A stretch of DNA of 63,064 nucleotides from Candidatus Hermodarchaeum yapensis. GTDB taxonomy: Archaea > Asgardarchaeota > Hermodarchaeia > Hermodarchaeales > Hermodarchaeaceae. Each line of letters starts with the position of its first letter. Position 1 is the first letter of the stretch. The DNA is taken from contig JAEOSK010000014.1 in NCBI GenBank assembly GCA_016840405.1, positions 1 through 63,064 of the forward strand, written 5' to 3'. The notes beneath the pieces are model-generated. The model did no database searches, had not been told where the DNA came from, and saw nothing but the letters and a program-made list of their open reading frames with translations. Below are positions 58,762 through 63,064 of the stretch, one piece after another. The position numbers and the translations under genes were made by a program.

Positions 58762-59571
58762 ATGGTGTCAATGGAAAGCATTGTGCCCCGAGTCAAGAAG
58801 GCACTTCTCGAAATCAGTAAAGCGGAGCACCGGTTTCCTGAGGTCATTGCCCAGGCGGAAAAAGTGGATTGGTATGAAAACTTTTCCTCAGGCTACAAGG
58901 GCCTCTACTACTTTATCCCCATCTCACTCTCAAAGAAATACAAACGACGACTTCGTGTCGCCGCCCTGGATACGCCCCAAGTTCGCAAGGTGAGCTCGCA
59001 AATATTCCAAGAACTCAGGAAGGAAGGCGTTCGCGATATTGATGACATTCTCACCCTGTGTGACGCCCTGCTCACCCGTTGGAGCTGGGAGTATCGCACC
59101 ATCGCCTTCGACTGGTCCTTCCGCGTCCGCAAACACTATGAACCCCGACATTTCCAAGCCTTCGAAACCTGGACCACCCTCTATCTCGCCACTTGGGGCG
59201 GCGTCGACGATTACTGCACCCACACCCTCGGACACTTCTTTTACACCTATCCTGAATTTACCCCTCGAATACGAGATTGGGCGAAATCTGACAATCCTTG
59301 GATTCTTCGCGCTGCTGCCGTCTCGCTCATCTATGGACTGCGACGAGGAGTCCACTTGGAATACATCTTTGATGTGGCGGATGCCATGCTCTTGGATCCC
59401 CGAAAGTATGTACAAAATGGGTATGGCTGGATGCTCAAAGAAGCCACCAAACACTTTCAGAACGAAGTCTTTGAATATGTTATGGCAGAGAAAACGGTGA
59501 TGCCCCGACGCGCACTGCGGTATGCCATTGAAAAGATGCCAAAGAATCTAAAATCACAGGCGATGTTATAA
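58762..59571 (+). CDS. alkD: AlkD-like HEAT-repeat DNA alkylation repair protein
   Basis: TWGGVDDYC, W.KSDNPWILRAAAV, YVQNGYGWMLKE, RRALRYAIEK. Confidence 0.82.
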   Translation: MVSMESIVPRVKKALLEISKAEHRFPEVIAQAEKVDWYENFSSGYKGLYYFIPISLSKKYKRRLRVAALDTPQVRKVSSQIFQELRKEGVRDIDDILTLCDALLTRWSWEYRTIAFDWSFRVRKHYEPRHFQAFETWTTLYLATWGGVDDYCTHTLGHFFYTYPEFTPRIRDWAKSDNPWILRAAAVSLIYGLRRGVHLEYIFDVADAMLLDPRKYVQNGYGWMLKEATKHFQNEVFEYVMAEKTVMPRRALRYAIEKMPKNLKSQAML

Positions 59572-59637
59572 TCAGAACTCATTTCGATGAATCAAAAAAA
59601 CTATGACACGAATTATTCCCCGATTAACGGAGTTTTT

Positions 59638-59671
59638 AAAAAAGAGGAAAAAGGGTGGATTCAACCCACCC
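59638..59671 (-). terminator. Hairpin plus T-tract (minus strand)
   Basis: GGGTGG/CCACCC with an adjacent A-rich run on the plus strand. Confidence 0.55.
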
Positions 59672-59712
59672 AATTACTGGAAAGTTTTCCATCTAATATG
59701 TATTTTGGTGTT

Positions 59713-61818
59713 TTAGTGACCATGTCCCCATTTCAGGGCGGCCATTCCGAAATAGTAGTCAACGAATCCGATGTTAAAGCCGACAGGACTGATTATTGCT
59801 ACGATGTCGTCTGGGCCTCGTTCGATGTAGTGTGTGCCCATATTGAATTCATCGAGTGAGAGAGTGATGACTTCATAGGGCTCTAGAACAGAGTATCCGC
59901 GAACCTTCCGGTAATAGACAAGTGTTACTTGAAAGTCCATTGGTGTAAGTGCTGGAATGAGTTCTAAGGGTTCACCATCAACCATGGCGTCACCAATATA
60001 CCAGCCCTCTTCAGTAGTAAACCAGTCAGTCATGTATCGGAAACCAATGAGTATTTCTCCTTCGTAATCAGGAAGATCAAAACTCATAGGAATCCAACCA
60101 TCACTGTCACCAGTAAGTCCTGGCAAGTTGTCTATGATTTCAGGAAGGCGTGGGTCCACAGTGTACTCAGGTGGCATTTGATCATCAGTCCACTCGTTTT
60201 CAAGTGAAGTCCAGGTTTCACCTCCATCGGTGGATATCTGGACAAAACCATAATCCCAGTGTTCTTCAATGTCATACCTTGTTGTAATGGTTAATTCAGA
60301 GTCGGCATTTATTGTAGCTGAACCGTACAAGAGTGCGTTACCTAAGTTGTATCGTCCAGAATACCAAATACCATCAATCTGTTGCCAAAGTTCGATACCA
60401 TCGTCTCCGTCAAACATGAAGCGTTTGCCCTTGATGTCTTTGCTTAGATGGTCAAAGCGAATATAGTCAGAACCGTACATTCCTAGCCTCGAAACTCCAG
60501 TGTCATATCCCAGAGTTGTCAAGGTTGTTCCCAATTCTGTGCCATACATGAAGTCCTTCACTTTGACATCATACTGACGCGGTGGATCTGCCATTGCAAG
60601 GTCAATAGATTTGTAGTTATATTCTCCATCAACACCAATGTCATCGGTATGAATGAGGTTGGCAATTCGCCAATCATGGTATACTGAATCAAAGGTTTCT
60701 ACGCCCTCAGAGAGGAAGTTGAACCAAATATCTAGTCCATCAATGCCTTGTAAGCCAAAAAATGTACCATAATGAACATAATCTCCTAGGAAATTAGCTC
60801 CGGGGTACCAGAGGTCACTGAAGCGGTCATTGATGTACATTGCCCACAAGAAGACTACACCGTAGTCTGCCAAGATGTTGTAAGGGCCTTGGTCACCCCA
60901 AATGACTAATGAGTTGTCAGGGGTTGCCATGTACCAGTTGATGTCACCCCATGGGACACCATACCCACAGAGGTATTCAGCATAGGTTGAACAAGCCTCG
61001 TCCATCCAAATTTCGTCACCAGGGCTGTAGTCATCGTGGATTAGGTGTTGCAATTCGTGGGCTGTTGTTCCCACAAATCCAGTTCCGGTTGCGGTTGGGT
61101 AGAGGTGTGTTTCCCAGAAATCGGCATTGATGTTGAAGATGTTTCGATCAAAGTAATTTTGATAGGTGCGCCAGTAGAAGCCAGCGATGAAGGATGGAAA
61201 GGTTGGGTCATAGTAGTATTCATCACCGATGTTGGAAATCATGATGATGAATTTACCTGTTGGGCTGTAGTAGTAATCTTCTGGAACATCAATACCGATA
61301 CTACGGAGAAGATCGTCAAGCACTGCTTCACTACCATTGTGGTGGTCAGGAACACCGTAGAAGGCTGTATCCGTAGGATAGATGTTTTCATCAAATTCTG
61401 TAACGTAGTAATCAAGTTGTTCTTCAGTAATTTCAACCGGATTTCGTGGATCAGGATCGATATCTGGTGCATAATAGTTGAAATCCTCTTGCATCCAGAT
61501 TTCTACATTATCAGTATAATTGACTAGGTAAAACCATTCAAGCCAAAGGCCTGATGTGTCATCATACCAAAGCATAATCTTTGCATCATAGATAGTGGGC
61601 CAGTACATACCACCACCATAGCCCACGGACTCTGTCTCAACTTCGTTCATCTCTAGGTGTAATTCTGGTGTATAGCTAGGGTCACGAAGCTTTGGACCAA
61701 TGTCCATGGCTTCAGGGACAAACTCGGCTGTCGGTGCGGTTTGCACTGTAAATGCTGGAATACTGAAACTAATCGCAAGCACTGTTAGTAATACAACTGC
61801 TAATTTATTCAATTTCAT
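59713..61818 (-). CDS. Secreted zinc metalloprotease (immune inhibitor A / M6-M30-like)
   Basis: Signal peptide from ATG 61818, AHELQHLIH plus W.DE, YDIE..WDYGFVQISTDGG.TWT. Confidence 0.82.
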   Translation of the reverse strand: MKLNKLAVVLLTVLAISFSIPAFTVQTAPTAEFVPEAMDIGPKLRDPSYTPELHLEMNEVETESVGYGGGMYWPTIYDAKIMLWYDDTSGLWLEWFYLVNYTDNVEIWMQEDFNYYAPDIDPDPRNPVEITEEQLDYYVTEFDENIYPTDTAFYGVPDHHNGSEAVLDDLLRSIGIDVPEDYYYSPTGKFIIMISNIGDEYYYDPTFPSFIAGFYWRTYQNYFDRNIFNINADFWETHLYPTATGTGFVGTTAHELQHLIHDDYSPGDEIWMDEACSTYAEYLCGYGVPWGDINWYMATPDNSLVIWGDQGPYNILADYGVVFLWAMYINDRFSDLWYPGANFLGDYVHYGTFFGLQGIDGLDIWFNFLSEGVETFDSVYHDWRIANLIHTDDIGVDGEYNYKSIDLAMADPPRQYDVKVKDFMYGTELGTTLTTLGYDTGVSRLGMYGSDYIRFDHLSKDIKGKRFMFDGDDGIELWQQIDGIWYSGRYNLGNALLYGSATINADSELTITTRYDIEEHWDYGFVQISTDGGETWTSLENEWTDDQMPPEYTVDPRLPEIIDNLPGLTGDSDGWIPMSFDLPDYEGEILIGFRYMTDWFTTEEGWYIGDAMVDGEPLELIPALTPMDFQVTLVYYRKVRGYSVLEPYEVITLSLDEFNMGTHYIERGPDDIVAIISPVGFNIGFVDYYFGMAALKWGHGH

Positions 61819-62003
61819 GTTGTACCCTCGAATAACCGGACTCCTGCCCGGTTGTCCGTTAGAGCCGTTGTTTCCCTTGAGGATTGATAAAAAGCTTTGC
61901 AACTTTGGAGTCCATTAAAAAATAGTTTGGGCATAAGTGTGGAAGCGAATGCCACTTTTGCGTGCTTTTCTTGAAAAAAATACCATGTCCTGTTGTCATA
62001 TGT

Positions 62004-63064
62004 CTACCCGTTGCTGGATAGTTTGGTCTTGAGTTCACGAGGTGTGGTCTTGTTAATCTGGATTTTCTCGAGCGCATGAAATCCTTGGAATCGTTCTAGT
62101 TCCTGTTGGATGTGAGGTATGACTTCTGGTTGTTGCTTTCGAGGAAGTGTAAGCTCGAGATTCTGAATAATCAGTGTGCTTGAGGTTCGGTCTGCCTTGG
62201 GGTCGAGGCGCCCGATGAGTTGGTGTTGCCATAAGATGGGTGTGACATAGTAACCGAATTGCCGTTGGGCGGGTGGGGTGTAGGCTTCGAGTTTCACTTC
62301 AAAATCAAAGAGGCTTTGTACTCGGGTTCGATTCCAGAGGATATTATCAAAGGGGTTGAGGAACCACACTCGATCGGATGTGCTTCGACGATCTTGGATC
62401 TTATGGATGAAAGGCAAATTGCGAGTAAGCACATAATATGGCGTTTTTGCTTTGGGAATTTCAACTTGGGTGACAAGGTCGTCGTGGATGAAGATTTGTA
62501 ACTTTTCTTCAAGGGTTTTTTTGCGATTGCCTTTGATGTCTAAGGCAAAATTGCCGAATGAGATATAGTTGGAGAGATCTGTAGCGGTACTCGCGACGAG
62601 GCAGTCGAGGTTGCGTTCAAGAAAGTGTCGCCAGACCTCGTCTTGGTCAACATGGCGATCTAAGTATTGGCTGGGAATGACACGGTCAGGTAAGTCATAG
62701 ACGCGTTGGAACCCAATGCGGTCCGCGACGGCGAGGCGCCCGGTTTGCCAGAGTAGGTCGAGTGCGACTTTGGCCGGTTTCCAATCCCAAAATCCACCGC
62801 GTTTTTTCTTGCTGGGATTGTCGAAGTCTTTGCTGCTGAGGGGACCTTCTTTTCGTATACGATCTTCGACGCCATCCATGAGGTCTTTGTGCTTAGTGAA
62901 GAGGTTTTTTTCCCAGGTATTGCTGTATGCGGGGAAGCGGTGCATACGGTGCCGATAGTAGGGGTATTCCTCAATGGGAACGACACAGCAGGCGTGAGCA
63001 AAGTGCTCAAACACCTTGCCTTCGCGAAGAGCCGTCCACACTTGTTCGGGACGATATTTTCGGA
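62004..63064 (-). CDS. ycaQ: YcaQ/AlkZ-family (HTH_42) DNA glycosylase, 5'-truncated by the window edge
   Basis: FEHFAHAC, WDWKPAK, R.GFQRVYDL, LNPFDN..WNR, E.Y.P..RQFGYY, GRLD.K.DR; frame stays open to the window end. Confidence 0.87.
   Translation of the reverse strand, partial: RKYRPEQVWTALREGKVFEHFAHACCVVPIEEYPYYRHRMHRFPAYSNTWEKNLFTKHKDLMDGVEDRIRKEGPLSSKDFDNPSKKKRGGFWDWKPAKVALDLLWQTGRLAVADRIGFQRVYDLPDRVIPSQYLDRHVDQDEVWRHFLERNLDCLVASTATDLSNYISFGNFALDIKGNRKKTLEEKLQIFIHDDLVTQVEIPKAKTPYYVLTRNLPFIHKIQDRRSTSDRVWFLNPFDNILWNRTRVQSLFDFEVKLEAYTPPAQRQFGYYVTPILWQHQLIGRLDPKADRTSSTLIIQNLELTLPRKQQPEVIPHIQQELERFQGFHALEKIQINKTTPRELKTKLSSNG

Noticed and set aside
1-63064. CRISPR array, rRNA, tRNA, transposase or intact integrase
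   Set aside because: No regularly spaced repeats, cloverleaf, rRNA signatures or DDE/tyrosine-recombinase catalytic motifs seen by eye

Overview
Gene-dense prokaryotic chromosomal segment with about 50 CDS. I found no rRNA, tRNA, CRISPR array or intact mobile element. TATA-like boxes about 25-30 nt before many starts, GGTGA-type ribosome-binding sites, a tandem Lrp/AsnC regulator and secreted proteins ending in a C-terminal TM helix plus basic tail point to an archaeon, plausibly an Asgard-type sediment heterotroph; the taxonomy is inference. Content is accessory or metabolic. (i) DNA-damage and xenobiotic resistance: a double-length UvrA-like protein with four ATPase domains, translationally coupled to a QW-repeat prenyltransferase-like protein; an ArsR-GyrI regulator plus standalone GyrI; an ATL-type protein; AlkD; YcaQ/AlkZ; a GNAT; two MFS transporters. 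(ii) Peptide scavenging: M20, two DUF885, two C45 Ntn hydrolases, GGT, an InhA/M30-like protease, CPBP. (iii) A metal-homeostasis locus with FTR1 and GDT1 around a perfect DtxR-type box. (iv) Three ICMT-family methyltransferases, one broken by an in-frame TGA and two behind a TetR operator. (v) Several structured intergenic regions. All product calls come from motif recognition by eye, not database searches.
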